Part shown: positions 20,432 through 33,607 of the stretch, piece after piece
Position numbering within the stretch: the first letter of the stretch is position 1
Layout of the letters: the number at the start of each line of letters is the position of its first letter
DNA from: Candidatus Eiseniibacteriota bacterium
GTDB lineage: Bacteria; Eisenbacteria; RBG-16-71-46; CAIMUX01; VGJL01
Length of the DNA: 64,000 nucleotides
NCBI GenBank assembly: GCA_963792585.1
Contig: CAWBWI010000001.1
Location: 704,001-768,000 of the forward strand
Reading direction: 5' to 3'
The notes under the pieces: model-generated
The model's database searches: none
What the model saw: the letters and a program-made list of their open reading frames with translations, nothing else
Told to the model about the DNA's origin: nothing
Position numbers and translations under genes: made by a program

Positions 20432-20506
20432 GCGGATGTAGCTCAACTCTCCCGTCCGGGCGTCGCGGCAGTGGCGGTCGGTCAGTGCGGGAGAAGAGAG
20501 CGCGGA

Positions 20507-20567
20507 GCGGCCTCAAACCTCGTCTGGGACAGCCCCAACCGGACGAGGGGGGAGGCCGCACCTTTGT
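20507..20567 (+). terminator. Long hairpin downstream of the small peptide
   Basis: GCGGCCTC/GAGGCCGC enclosing CCTCGTCTGG/CCGGACGAGG, followed by ACCTTTGT. Confidence 0.45.
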
Positions 20568-20793
20568 ACCCGCCTGCTGACCCAATTTGGCGGAAATCGG
20601 CCCATGATGTTTAACCCACGGGTTGGCAATGGTTTGCGTCGCCCGATTCCCCTGGTACGCCGCGATTGGGGCGCTTCGACGCACCAAGTGGTTTCCCCGC
20701 GCGAATCCACTTGGTTCACGGATGCCCCGTAGTCATATGGCATGCAATGGGATAGAGAATGGTCAGCCAGGCTCTGCTCCGGGCAGATCAACC

Positions 20794-20809
20794 TGGCACC
20801 GAACCTGCC
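20794..20809 (+). promoter_or_regulatory. sigma-54 (-24/-12) promoter 2
   Basis: TGGCACCGAACCTGCC, GG-N10-GC, 40 nt upstream of ATG 20849. Confidence 0.65.
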
Positions 20810-20848
20810 GTCACCTCCCGCAGGCATTCGCCTGGGGAGGAACCAGAC

Positions 20849-21308
20849 ATGAAGAACCATCGGTACCTGCTGATGCTCGTAGCGCTCCTGATGCTGGGGG
20901 CGGGATGTTCGAGCGACTCTGAATCGCCCCTCGCACCCGCGGTAGCTGTTCCGATGGGGGGCCCCGGGCTAGAATTTTCAGACCCGAGTCATCGGCCCCG
21001 ATGGAGGGTGCGTCGTCAACGGCGGAGTCCGCCTCGATATCCCGGCCGGGGCTCTCAGCGCCCCGACGATGATCGGGATCGAGTTGCTAGCGGACGGCTC
21101 CGTCGATCTCACGCCGAATGGCCAGCAGTTCGAGGTTCCGGTTTCTCTCACGTTCAACTTGGCCCCGGGTCAAGACCCACTTCACCGCGTGGTCGAGTGG
21201 TTCGATCCGGCCGGCGGATGGGTCGTGATTCCGAGCCTCGCGTCCGCGGGTCGCCGGGTTGCGCCTCTGATGCACTTCTCGATTTACCACATCGTCGCTT
21301 ACGAATAG
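20849..21308 (+). CDS. Lipoprotein with ZU5-like domain and C-terminal HFS motif (frameshift near 20976)
   Basis: RBS GGGGAGG, MKNHRYLLMLVALLMLGAG-C lipobox; after removing one T: VIGPDGG..LDIPAGAL..VDLTPNGQQFEVPVSLTF..WFDPAGGW..LMHFSIY. Confidence 0.7.
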
Positions 21309-21436
21309 CCTGCTAGTCCTCCCTGCCCAAACACCGCGAGGCGGGCCGGGGTCATCCCCCGACCCGCTTCGGCCTTTTGGCCGCTTGTGGGGGCGGCGCT
21401 CTCATCCGTACGATCCGGCCCGGGAGTGGAGGTGCG

Positions 21437-22881
21437 ATGGACGCGTTGGGTGACATCCGACGGAGGGAGTGGAACGGGCTCGAGTCGGCTGCCGCGATTC
21501 CGCTCAAGAACCGCATCTATGTGAATCGCAACCTCCGGATGGCCCGCCTCGGTGCGATCGGGTTCGACATGGACCACACCCTCGCTATCTACGATCCCAT
21601 CCCCTTCGAGAGCCTCGCCTTCGAAGAGGCCAAGCGAAAGCTGCTCGCCGGGGGCTATCCGAGGACGATTGCGGATCTCCACTACCGTCCCGATTCGATG
21701 ATCCGCGGACCTGGTCGTTGACAAGCGGCGCGGCAACATCCTGAAGATGGATCAGCACCGCTACGTCGCGATGGCGTGCCACGGCTCCCGTCCTCTAGCC
21801 GACGAGGAGCGCAAGGGGATGTACCAAACCCGGTCCGTGAGCCTGTCGACGAAGCGATTCGTCGCCATAGACACGCCCTTCTCGCTGCCGGAGATCGACC
21901 TCTTCGCTCAGATGGTCGATCTGGTCGAGCGAGAGCGCTGGCGCCCGCGGGATTTCGCCAGGATGTATGTCGACGTCCGCGGCGCCATGGACCTTTCCCA
22001 TGCCGACGGCAGCATCAAGGAGAAGATCGCCGAGGACCCGGACCGCTACCTTCTCTTCGATCCTGAGTTGCCGGAAACCCTTCGCCGCTTTCGCGCCCAT
22101 GGCTATCGGCTCTTCGTCGACCAACTCGGGACCGGGCTACACGGCGCTCATCATGGAACGCCTGCTGCGCCGCGGTTCGACGTCGAATAGCCGTTGGACG
22201 GAGGCTTTCGATTGGATCGTTGTTCGCGCGGGCAAGCCCACCTTCTTCCGAAGGCGGGGAGAGTCGATCGCGACCCCGATGCCCCGTGTCACGCGCACTC
22301 GTGAGCGGGCGAAGGCGATTACCGGCGGGGGGGTCGCCGATCTGGAACACCGCTTGGGCTGCGGGGGAGACAGGATCCTCTACTTCGGCGACCACACATA
22401 CGGAGACATCATGAGATCCAAGCGCATACGGCTTTGGCGGACGGCGATGGTCCTCAAGGAGCTGGAGCGAGAGATCGAGGTCGGCGCAGCGCAGGTCGGA
22501 ATTCGAATGGAGGTGGCGTCCCTCAGTGCCCATCGGGAGAATCTGGAGTTCGTTCGAGACTATCTGGAGCGGATGGCACGTGGTGAAGTCGCTCCACGGA
22601 TGCCCGACATCCGCCGCCCCGAAGCGGCCCGTCTCCGCGGCCAACTGGATGCCGAGGTCGCCGAACTTGGCGCTAGGCTGGATGAACTCGAGACGGCCGA
22701 CCGCCGAGGCTACAACGAGACTTGGGGGCCGCTCTTTCGCACCGGGGCCGAGCTGAGTCACTTCGCCGGGCAGGTCCGTGACTTTGCATGCATCTATACC
22801 AGCCAGGTATCGAACTTGCTCCACTACCCCGTGGACAAGTACTTGCAGGCCCATCCCGAGCGAATGCCACACGAGATCTAG
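21437..22881 (+). CDS. HAD-IG family 5'-nucleotidase (cN-II-like; frameshifts near 21710 and 22118)
   Basis: IYVNRNL..GFDMDHTLAIY (motif I), LVVDKRRGNILKMD, TNS, GKPTFF, YFGDHTYGDI, WRTAMV across three frames. Confidence 0.88.
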
Positions 22882-22922
22882 GGCCGCCGAACTCGGAATC
22901 CCGATAGGGCAACGAGGGCGCG

Positions 22923-22951
22923 TTGACACCCGTTTGGGGCTTTGGTACGTT
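22923..22951 (+). promoter_or_regulatory. sigma-70-like promoter
   Basis: TTGACA-N17-TACGTT with TG extension. Confidence 0.55.
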
Positions 22952-23034
22952 CCCGGGGGCAAATGCCGGGGTCCCCAGGGGTTGGACCTCGCGTCCGCGC
23001 CGGGGTTGGGGATCAATCCTCCGGGGAGGGAGAG

Positions 23035-23891
23035 ATGGTGAAGATGGTGGGGAGGTTGGGGGAGCGGTTCTTCTGCTCGCGGTCGTATGTCTCCCTCGTC
23101 CTACGCTTGCGGTCGATCCGGTCGGCAAGTTCAGCATCTCAGGGCGCGTCGGGATTGCCGGCATTCGCATGGGCGCCATCAATGACGGCATCAGCCGCAG
23201 CAACCGACTCCTCGCGTCCCTCCCGGAATCTCAGGAGTGGGAGGTTCCGAGCCGAATCCACTCCGCCTTCGAGTTCAGCGGGGATGCTTCCTACGATTTG
23301 ACGCCGTGGATACGTCTCGGCCTCGTCTATGGCTCGATTTCCGGCAAGTCCAGCGTCGACTATGTCCAACGGATCGAAGTTCGCCCGTCGACTACGATGC
23401 TCGTGCCCCGCGCCTTCTATCGACTCCCGATTCGATTGCTCGACAACCTGGCCCTCCGCGCGTTCGGTGGCGTGGTTCTGCTGTCGGGTTCCAAGGTCGC
23501 GATCGAGCACGAGAACACGAGCCCCAATGCCCCCAGGCTGGAAACGGTCTCCATCAAAGGCTCCGGCGCAGGAGCGACGGGTGGAGTCGCAGGGGAACTC
23601 ACACTCTCGGAGCGGTTCACCCTGACCTTCGAAGGGGGATACCGGCAGGCGAAGGCTTCCTTCGACTCCGGCAGCTACGCGATCAGCAAGCTTCGCGACC
23701 CGGGCAACAACGAGGATGACGACGTGCTTCTCAACGACCGCGATCCGAGCCAGACGTCATACGTCTGGGGATTCATGGACGGATGGAGAAGCGACAGCCA
23801 GCAGGATGAGGAACCGAAGGTCTACGGGACCAACGATATCGACTTCAGCGGCGGCTACCTGCAGTTGGGGCTCCGCGTCTACATCTTCTAA
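23035..23891 (+). CDS. Outer-membrane beta-barrel protein (probable frameshift in the G-run near 23060)
   Basis: Signal-like AVLLLAVVCLPRPTLA, amphipathic beta strands, C-terminal GYLQLGLRVYIF beta-signal; best RBS+ATG (23035) is out of frame at a G homopolymer. Confidence 0.72.
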
Positions 23892-23916
23892 GGGCGGGTG
23901 ACGTGCCTCGATTGGC

Positions 23917-24810
23917 TCAGGCGGGCCCGATCAGTCTGTAGTTCCGGTAGACCCCGACCTGACGCCCGAAGATCCGATCCTGAGCATTGGTGATCATCCG
24001 CGTGACCAGACGGTTGTGTTCGTGCTGGACGGTTCGATCGTCATCCGCCCCCACACGGGGGGCCGTCGCCGCGATCCAATCGCGCATGACTGCCGGGTGC
24101 GTGCCGTCGAACTTGCGTAGATGCCGACTCGGCCCGTACCGAAACGCTGTCGCGTTCGCGTCCGGGTGGCGCCTTCGCACCCACTCCTCGGGATGGTGAA
24201 GTCGATCGAGGGCGATCTGCTTTCGCTTCATGAGGTCGGGCGGTCGCACCCATCCATAATGGAAGACATGGGCTCCTGTGGATCGCACCCGAAGTTTGTC
24301 GCCGTTCCGGCGGAACCCCTGCGCGCTCTTCCAGGAGCGGATTCCCCGACCCATCCGAACGATCCGCACTTCGTGCCGGTACCAGTTCCGCGTCCACTGG
24401 ACGTGGTCGAAGTCGCCCCAGAAGTGGAGCCAATCGAAGAGAAAGGCGTCGACCTCAGGGTCATCCTTCCATCTCGACATGGCCGCCCTGAGCCTTGGGA
24501 GATCGTCTTCGTGAAGCACCTCATCGGCCTGAAGGTACAACCCCCAGTCTCCGCTGCATGCGTCCATGGCGAGGTCGGTCTGGACGGCGTTGATGCGGCC
24601 GTGGACGAAGTGGGATGGGTCCCAGGATGTCTCCAGGATGCGGACGCGGGGGTCATCGATGGCACGAATCGCCTCGATGGTTCCGTCCTCGGACGGACCC
24701 ACGGCGACCACGAATTCATCCACCAGGGGCAGGGCGGACCGGATCGCCTCGGCAATCGGGTAGTGAAGCCGGACCGCGTCGCGAACGAAGGAGAACCCAC
24801 TGACTCGCAT
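23917..24810 (-). CDS. Glycosyltransferase family 2-like
   Basis: MRVSGFSFVRDA..YP..AIRS.LPLVDEFVV, YLQADEVLHE, FHYGWVRPP. Confidence 0.85.
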   Translation of the reverse strand: MRVSGFSFVRDAVRLHYPIAEAIRSALPLVDEFVVAVGPSEDGTIEAIRAIDDPRVRILETSWDPSHFVHGRINAVQTDLAMDACSGDWGLYLQADEVLHEDDLPRLRAAMSRWKDDPEVDAFLFDWLHFWGDFDHVQWTRNWYRHEVRIVRMGRGIRSWKSAQGFRRNGDKLRVRSTGAHVFHYGWVRPPDLMKRKQIALDRLHHPEEWVRRRHPDANATAFRYGPSRHLRKFDGTHPAVMRDWIAATAPRVGADDDRTVQHEHNRLVTRMITNAQDRIFGRQVGVYRNYRLIGPA

Positions 24811-24930
24811 CACGTTCGGCATTCTGCCGAGGGCGTGAGGGGGGTGCAAGTCAAAACCGGGGATGCCTTCGGCTCCTGCCGATCATAGAATGGATCGTCC
24901 GCCCGGATTGGGCAGGCAAAAGGGGGCGAA

Positions 24931-26733
24931 TTGAGACAGTGCCATTGCCTGAGGGCCCTAGTGCTCGCGCTGTGGGTGGCCTTCATGGCCGGCGCGCGCG
25001 CGCGCGCCGAAAACGTGACGGGACCCATACTCCCGATCGAAGATGTCCGCCCGGGTATGCGCGGTGTTGCCTGGACCGTGTTCGAGGGCGATCGGGCCCG
25101 CAGCTTCGATGTGGAGTTGGTGGGCGTCGCCGAGGCGAGCCGACCGAAGGGGCGCCTGATCCTGTTCCGAGCGCTCGGGGACTCGCTTGCCCATATCGGG
25201 ATCGTCGCGGGCATGAGCGGCAGTCCGGTCTACGTCGATGGGAAGCTCGTCGGCGCGATTTCGATCGGCTTCGCATTCGCAAAGGACGCGATCGGGATGA
25301 TCACCCCGATCGGCGAAATGCTCGATGTCATGAATCGAGTCGAGCAGCCCTCCGGTCCGTGGATGGGGTCCTCGACGGAGACGTTCCAACCGATCCTGCG
25401 GAGTTTCCTGACCCGAACCCCCACTCCGAATGCGTGGGCGAGTCCCTTCCTTGCGGGCGCCGCGTCGTCGGAAGGATTGAAGCTGACGACCCTCTGCGGA
25501 AGTGGGTGGGCGCCCGGAATGGAATCAACCCTCGCTGCGTTCGCCGACCAATGCGGGATGGCTTCGCCGCTGGGCGCCTGGGCGGGCGGCAGCGAGGAGC
25601 ACGAGCCGAAGGAACTGACCGCCGGCTCTGCGATGGGAGTCCTCCTCATCAGCGGGGATGCGTCCTTGGGAGCGATCGGAACCGTGACGTGCCGCGAGGG
25701 AAACCGGATCGTCGCCTTCGGACACCCGCTCTTCCAGGCCGGTCCCGTGGAGTTGCCGCTCACAGCATCCTGGATCCACACGATCGTGGCGTCGGTGAAC
25801 TCATCTTTCAAACTTGGGAGTCCGGGACCGATCGTAGGCACGATCCGCCAAGATCTGAGGGCGGGCGTCAGCGGCGTGCTGGGCGAAGCACCCTCGATGC
25901 TCCCGATCACGGTCACGTTGAAGGGGGCCGGGGACCCGGATGTCTACCACTACCGCGTCGCGCGGGGCGTGCTGCTCGAACCGAGTCTGGCCACCTGGGC
26001 CGCGACGAACTCATTCCTCGAACATGGCTGGAAGGTCGGAGAAGCGTGGATGGAGGCGACGGCGACCGTGGTCTACGACGGGGGCCGCACCCTGTCCCGC
26101 CACGAGCGCTTCGCCGCGCGCTCACCGTCGACCGACATTGCGACCCAGCTCCTGGCGCCGCTGCCGCTTCTGCTCTCGAACCCATTCGAGAAGGTCGCGA
26201 TCGACTCGATCCGCCTCGACGTTGCGTACTCCCCGATCCTGCGGGAATCGGTTCTGGTCGATCTCTGGGCCGAGCAGGGGTCGATCCGGCCGGGGGAGAA
26301 ACTCACCGTCACCGCCCGACTGCAGGACCGGCAGGGAGCCAGGCGCGAGGTCCCCATTGAGATCTCGATTCCGGAGCGGTGGCGCGGGGAAACTTTGCTG
26401 ATACTCGCCGGTGGCGTCAATGACCTGACGGATTGGGATCGGGACCGCTCGCCGACCCTCTACGAGCCGAAGAGTCTCGAAGGGCTCGAGCGACTGATCC
26501 GCGATTTCCCGGACGACGGCACGCTGCTGGTTCGGATCTACGGAGAAGAGGACGGAATCGTCCTCGGAGATCGGGAAGTCGGCTCCCTCCCGGATACATA
26601 TGCCCGGGTCCTGGGCGCGGGACACAAGCGAGGTCCGGCCCGATCGGCACCCAACTTTCGCCTCGAGGAACGACGGATCGATGCGGGCGGCGCAATCACC
26701 GGCGGACTCGCGGTGCGCGTGCGCGTTGAATAG
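24931..26733 (+). CDS. SpoIVB peptidase S55 domain protein
   Basis: Signal peptide, VRPGMRG..TVFEG, GIVAGMSGSPVYVDGKLVGAI, GTVT..AFGHP. Confidence 0.88.
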   Translation: MRQCHCLRALVLALWVAFMAGARARAENVTGPILPIEDVRPGMRGVAWTVFEGDRARSFDVELVGVAEASRPKGRLILFRALGDSLAHIGIVAGMSGSPVYVDGKLVGAISIGFAFAKDAIGMITPIGEMLDVMNRVEQPSGPWMGSSTETFQPILRSFLTRTPTPNAWASPFLAGAASSEGLKLTTLCGSGWAPGMESTLAAFADQCGMASPLGAWAGGSEEHEPKELTAGSAMGVLLISGDASLGAIGTVTCREGNRIVAFGHPLFQAGPVELPLTASWIHTIVASVNSSFKLGSPGPIVGTIRQDLRAGVSGVLGEAPSMLPITVTLKGAGDPDVYHYRVARGVLLEPSLATWAATNSFLEHGWKVGEAWMEATATVVYDGGRTLSRHERFAARSPSTDIATQLLAPLPLLLSNPFEKVAIDSIRLDVAYSPILRESVLVDLWAEQGSIRPGEKLTVTARLQDRQGARREVPIEISIPERWRGETLLILAGGVNDLTDWDRDRSPTLYEPKSLEGLERLIRDFPDDGTLLVRIYGEEDGIVLGDREVGSLPDTYARVLGAGHKRGPARSAPNFRLEERRIDAGGAITGGLAVRVRVE

Positions 26734-26745
26734 CAAGGAGGATGG

Positions 26746-28872
26746 ATGAATCCCACCCGTGCGACTGCGGTCTGCCTCGGACTGCTCGTGATCGGTTCCA
26801 CCGTTGCCGAAGCAGGGCGGACCCGATCGTTCCGGCTCGAGGGCGCGACGGCCTTCCGCAAGGGCGAGATGAACGGCGCGACAATCGACGATGAGGGACG
26901 GGTCGGGCCTGGACCGGCGGCACGTCTCCTGGAGTCGGCCGCAGGCGCGCAGGCCTGGTCCATGATTCGGGACCGCCGGGGCGCCCTCATCGTGGCGACG
27001 GGATCCGACGGCGCGCTCTATCGCATCGTCGGGAAGGAGTCGAAGCGCATCGATGGCAGTTTCGAATACGAGCTCTTCGCCGTCGTCGAAGGCAGGGACG
27101 GCAGAGTTTTCGCCGCCGGCGCGCCCAACGCGACGATCTCCGAACTCCAGCCGGATGGCACCATCAAAACCTTCTTCGATACTCCTGAAAAAGTGATCTG
27201 GGCGCTGGCGGCCGATCCCGGCGGAAATCTCTACGCCGGCACGGGCGAGCGCGGAGCGCTGTATCGCATCGATCCGGACGGCAAGGCGAAGGTCCTCTAC
27301 TCCGTGGAGGACACACATGTAACCGCACTTGCGTGGTCGAGCGATGGGAAGTTGATCGCTGGAACTTCGGGAAGGGGACTCCTGCTCGAGATCGACCCGG
27401 TCGGCGGCGCGGCTCGCGTGCTCTTCGAGGCGCCGGTTCCGGAGATTCCGCGCCTGGTCGTAGCGCCTTCAGGGGAGATCTACTTCGCCGCTGCGGGCGT
27501 TCCCGATGCGCCCATGGCCAAGAAGGAACCCCCGGCGGGCGATGCGGAAACAGAAGAGCCCCCCGCGGAAGGCTCGCGCATCTTCGTACGAAGCACGGAT
27601 GGCACGGTTCGAGAGGTCTGGCAGTCTCCGGAGGAAACGGTTCACGCGCTCGCGCTCGATCGAGATGGCAATCTCCTGGTCGGCACGGGGAGCGAGGCGG
27701 CCCTCTATCGGATCACCCCCACGGGGAAGGAAACACTGATCTGGAGGCCGGAGGAGGGGCAAATCCTCTCGCTTCTGGTCGAGGAGTCGACCATCTTCGT
27801 CGGCACGGGAAATCCGGGGCGCGTCTATGCCCTGGGGCCGGAGCGCGCAGGAGATGCGTGGTTGCGGTCCGAGCCGCTCGATGCCGGCGCAGCGGCATCC
27901 TGGGGGCACGCCATTTGGGAGACCCTGCCCGGAACCGGGCGCTGGCAACTCGTCACGCGAAGCGGCCACACCGAAGAACCCGACTCGTCCTGGAGCCCAT
28001 GGAGTGCTCCGCTCGCCGATCCGGAAGGCTCGGCGATCCCGAGTCCGCCGGCTCGTTTCCTCCAGTGCGAGGCTCGATTCGCCTCTTCCGGGGACGGGCC
28101 GCCCTCGACCCTCAGGAGGATCTGGCTTCCGTACAGCACGCCGAATCGACCGCCCCGCATCGGTGAGATCCGCTTCTCACCGATCACACCAGGGGGAAGC
28201 CGGGACGCCAGAGATCCGGGAACCTACTCGCAAGATCTCGGCGGCGGCCTGCGGGTGCAGTTCCTGCGCGCGCAGGATGCGGGCGCTCCGGCGGAAGATG
28301 CCGACGGCCCGCCCGCGTGGGTTCGCGACGTCAAGTCCATCACCTGGGACGCGACCGATCCGGACGGGGACAACCTCCGCGCCAAGCTCGGGATCCGCCA
28401 GGTCGGCGAGGAGGGCTTCCGTATCCTGACGCGCAACCACGCCACCAACGGCTACGCGATGGACACCTCGACCCTTCCCGACGGCCGTTACGAGGTTCAT
28501 CTGCTCGTGAGCGACGCCTCCGCGAATCCGCCGGGAGAGGCGCTGACCGACGAGAGAATCGGTGGGCCGTTCCGCGTCGATCATCGGGCGCCGGTCTTCA
28601 ACGGCCTGACCGCGCGCAAGAGCGATGGACGCACCCTGCTCGCCGAGGGGACGGTCGTGGACGAAGGGTCGCCCATCGTGCGCCTCGATGTCTCGTGGGA
28701 CGGGAAACCATGGCGCCCCGCGGGATCGGTAGACGGATTCCTCGATGCGCGCACCGAGTCGTTCCGCATCGAGATCCCGCTCGATCTGGATGATGAAGGG
28801 CAATGGCTCGCGGTCCGCGCCACGGATGCCGGTGGGAACGAGGCGGTCGGTCGGGTCTGGCTCGCTCCGTAG
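26746..28872 (+). CDS. Secreted beta-propeller repeat protein with C-terminal beta-sandwich domains
   Basis: Signal peptide; repeated ALA.D..GNL..GTG..G.LYRI.P.G blades; TRSG.T..PD.SWSPWS; PDGRYEV. Confidence 0.75.
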   Translation: MNPTRATAVCLGLLVIGSTVAEAGRTRSFRLEGATAFRKGEMNGATIDDEGRVGPGPAARLLESAAGAQAWSMIRDRRGALIVATGSDGALYRIVGKESKRIDGSFEYELFAVVEGRDGRVFAAGAPNATISELQPDGTIKTFFDTPEKVIWALAADPGGNLYAGTGERGALYRIDPDGKAKVLYSVEDTHVTALAWSSDGKLIAGTSGRGLLLEIDPVGGAARVLFEAPVPEIPRLVVAPSGEIYFAAAGVPDAPMAKKEPPAGDAETEEPPAEGSRIFVRSTDGTVREVWQSPEETVHALALDRDGNLLVGTGSEAALYRITPTGKETLIWRPEEGQILSLLVEESTIFVGTGNPGRVYALGPERAGDAWLRSEPLDAGAAASWGHAIWETLPGTGRWQLVTRSGHTEEPDSSWSPWSAPLADPEGSAIPSPPARFLQCEARFASSGDGPPSTLRRIWLPYSTPNRPPRIGEIRFSPITPGGSRDARDPGTYSQDLGGGLRVQFLRAQDAGAPAEDADGPPAWVRDVKSITWDATDPDGDNLRAKLGIRQVGEEGFRILTRNHATNGYAMDTSTLPDGRYEVHLLVSDASANPPGEALTDERIGGPFRVDHRAPVFNGLTARKSDGRTLLAEGTVVDEGSPIVRLDVSWDGKPWRPAGSVDGFLDARTESFRIEIPLDLDDEGQWLAVRATDAGGNEAVGRVWLAP

Positions 28873-28885
28873 GAGGACGACCCTC

Positions 28886-31743
<2,858 letters not shown>

Positions 31744-31882
31744 TGATCCCCTTCGGTTGCTCTCGTAGACTCCGAGCGTCCACCACCGGTTCCATCGGCC
31801 CACGGGCCGGATATCTGGAGCGGGACATCATCGAGAGTCTAGAAGGAGGCCCGAGTCCCCTGCAACCTCAGGCGGCAAAATC

Positions 31883-32818
31883 GTGACCGTGCCCGGAACG
31901 CCGCTCGAGGCGGAGCGGGTGAGCCGCAGTTTTGGGGCGATCCGGGCCGTGGAAGACCTCTCCTTCAAGGTGGAACGCGGGGAGATCGTCGGACTTCTGG
32001 GTCCCAACGGGGCGGGGAAGACGACCACCCTGCGGATGCTGACCGGCACTCTGGTACCGACGAGCGGTCGGGTCCGATTGTCGGGCAGGGATGTCTTCGG
32101 TGAAGGCGCCGCCGCGCGCGCACGGCTCGGCTCGATGCCCGAGCAACTCGCGCTATACGGTGAGATGTCGGTCGATGCATACCTGCGCTTCATCGGCGCC
32201 ATGAAGGGGATCGAGAGGGAACGGCTGCAGCGGGCCTTGGCAGATGTGCGCGCACGCCTCTCGCTCGATGATGTGTGGCGACGCCCCACGCGGGCGATTT
32301 CCCGGGGATACCGTCAGAGGGTCGGCTTGGCCCAGGCGTTGCTGGGCGATCCGGAGGTTCTGATCCTCGATGAGCCGACTACCGGCCTCGATCCGAATCA
32401 GATCCGTGAGTTTCGCTCCCTGCTGCGCGCTCTGGGCAAGGAGCATGCAGTCCTGCTGTCGACGCATATCTTGACCGAGGCGATCGAGGTCTGCGATCGC
32501 GTGCTCATCCTGAACCGGGGCCGGCTCGTCGCCAGCGACCGCCCCGATCGACTTGTAGCGGCGGCCGCCGGCGGGCATGCCGTCGTCGCGCGGGTTCGCA
32601 TGGCCGGACTGCCGGATCTGGGCCGTCACGGCGGCCACATCGAGGCGGAGGAGCCTCCGGGGACCTGGAGGATCGAGGGTGCCTGGACGGAGGAGCAGGG
32701 AAGGACCGTCATGACCCGGCTGGTCGAGCAAGGTGGGACGGTCCTGGAGTGGCGCACGGCCGGCATGGGGCTCGAGGAGGTCTTCCGATCCCTCACCATC
32801 GGAGAGGAAGATCGATGA
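31883..32818 (+). CDS. ABC transporter ATP-binding protein (GldA-like)
   Basis: GPNGAGKTT, ISRGYRQRVGLAQAL, LDEPTTGLDPNQ, STHIL. Confidence 0.92.
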   Translation: MTVPGTPLEAERVSRSFGAIRAVEDLSFKVERGEIVGLLGPNGAGKTTTLRMLTGTLVPTSGRVRLSGRDVFGEGAAARARLGSMPEQLALYGEMSVDAYLRFIGAMKGIERERLQRALADVRARLSLDDVWRRPTRAISRGYRQRVGLAQALLGDPEVLILDEPTTGLDPNQIREFRSLLRALGKEHAVLLSTHILTEAIEVCDRVLILNRGRLVASDRPDRLVAAAAGGHAVVARVRMAGLPDLGRHGGHIEAEEPPGTWRIEGAWTEEQGRTVMTRLVEQGGTVLEWRTAGMGLEEVFRSLTIGEEDR

Positions 32819-33607
32819 GGGGTCTCGCCCGCGCCCGCGCGATCGCCGCGCGCGAATACCGGAGCTTCTTCGGCTCTCCCGTGGGCTGGACCGTTTCTGC
32901 AGTTTTCTCCCTGATTGCCGGGCTGGTCTTCGTGGGCCTCCTGATCCGTTTTCGGGAGAGCGCCATCAGCCTTAGCCGTGCGGGGCAACTGAGGCCCGGC
33001 GAGGTCGGTCTGCACGTGAACGACTGGATCGTTCGTCCCTACCTCTACAACCTTGGTTCCGTGCTCCTGTTCTTCATCCCCCTGCTGACCATGCGGAGCA
33101 TGGCTGAGGAGCGGCGGTCGGGGAGTCTCGACTTGCTCTTGTCCCTTCCCGTGCGCGCTCAGGACCTCGTCCTCGGAAAGTTCTTCGGGGCGAGCCTGAC
33201 CTTGCTCTCCCTGCTGGTGATCGTGCCGGTTCACGGCACGATCCTGAGCCTCGCCGAGCACCCCGGATTGGGGCGCGGCCGCGGCCGGACTTCTCGGGAT
33301 GATCCTGATCGGGCTCTTCATGATCGCGCTCGGCGTCCTGATCTCCAGCCTCTCGCAGAGTCAGATCGAGGCGGGGGTCCTGACGTTGGGCGTGCTGCTC
33401 CTCCTCGGTCTGGGTCCGAGTGTGGCCGAATCGGTCAGCCCGGGTCTGGCCCACGTTCTCGGTTTCGTCGCCGTGCTCGGGCGCTTCGAGGACTTCACCC
33501 GCGGGATCATCGACTTCCGGCACGTCTGTTTCTTCCTCGGCTCGACGCTCCTGATGCTCGCGCTTGCGCTCCGATCCGTGGACCTGCTCCGCTGGAGGGG
33601 GGTGTGA
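32815..33607 (+). CDS. ABC-2 permease (GldF-like; frameshift near 33262)
   Basis: REYRSFFGSPVGW, PLLTMRSMAEERRSGSLDLLLS.P, GKF; C-terminus ISSLSQSQI..FEDFTRGIID in ORF 33299..33607. Confidence 0.85.

Noticed and set aside
20624..20638. Third sigma-54 promoter (TGGCAATGGTTTGC)
   Set aside because: GG-to-GC spacing is 9 nt rather than the required 10
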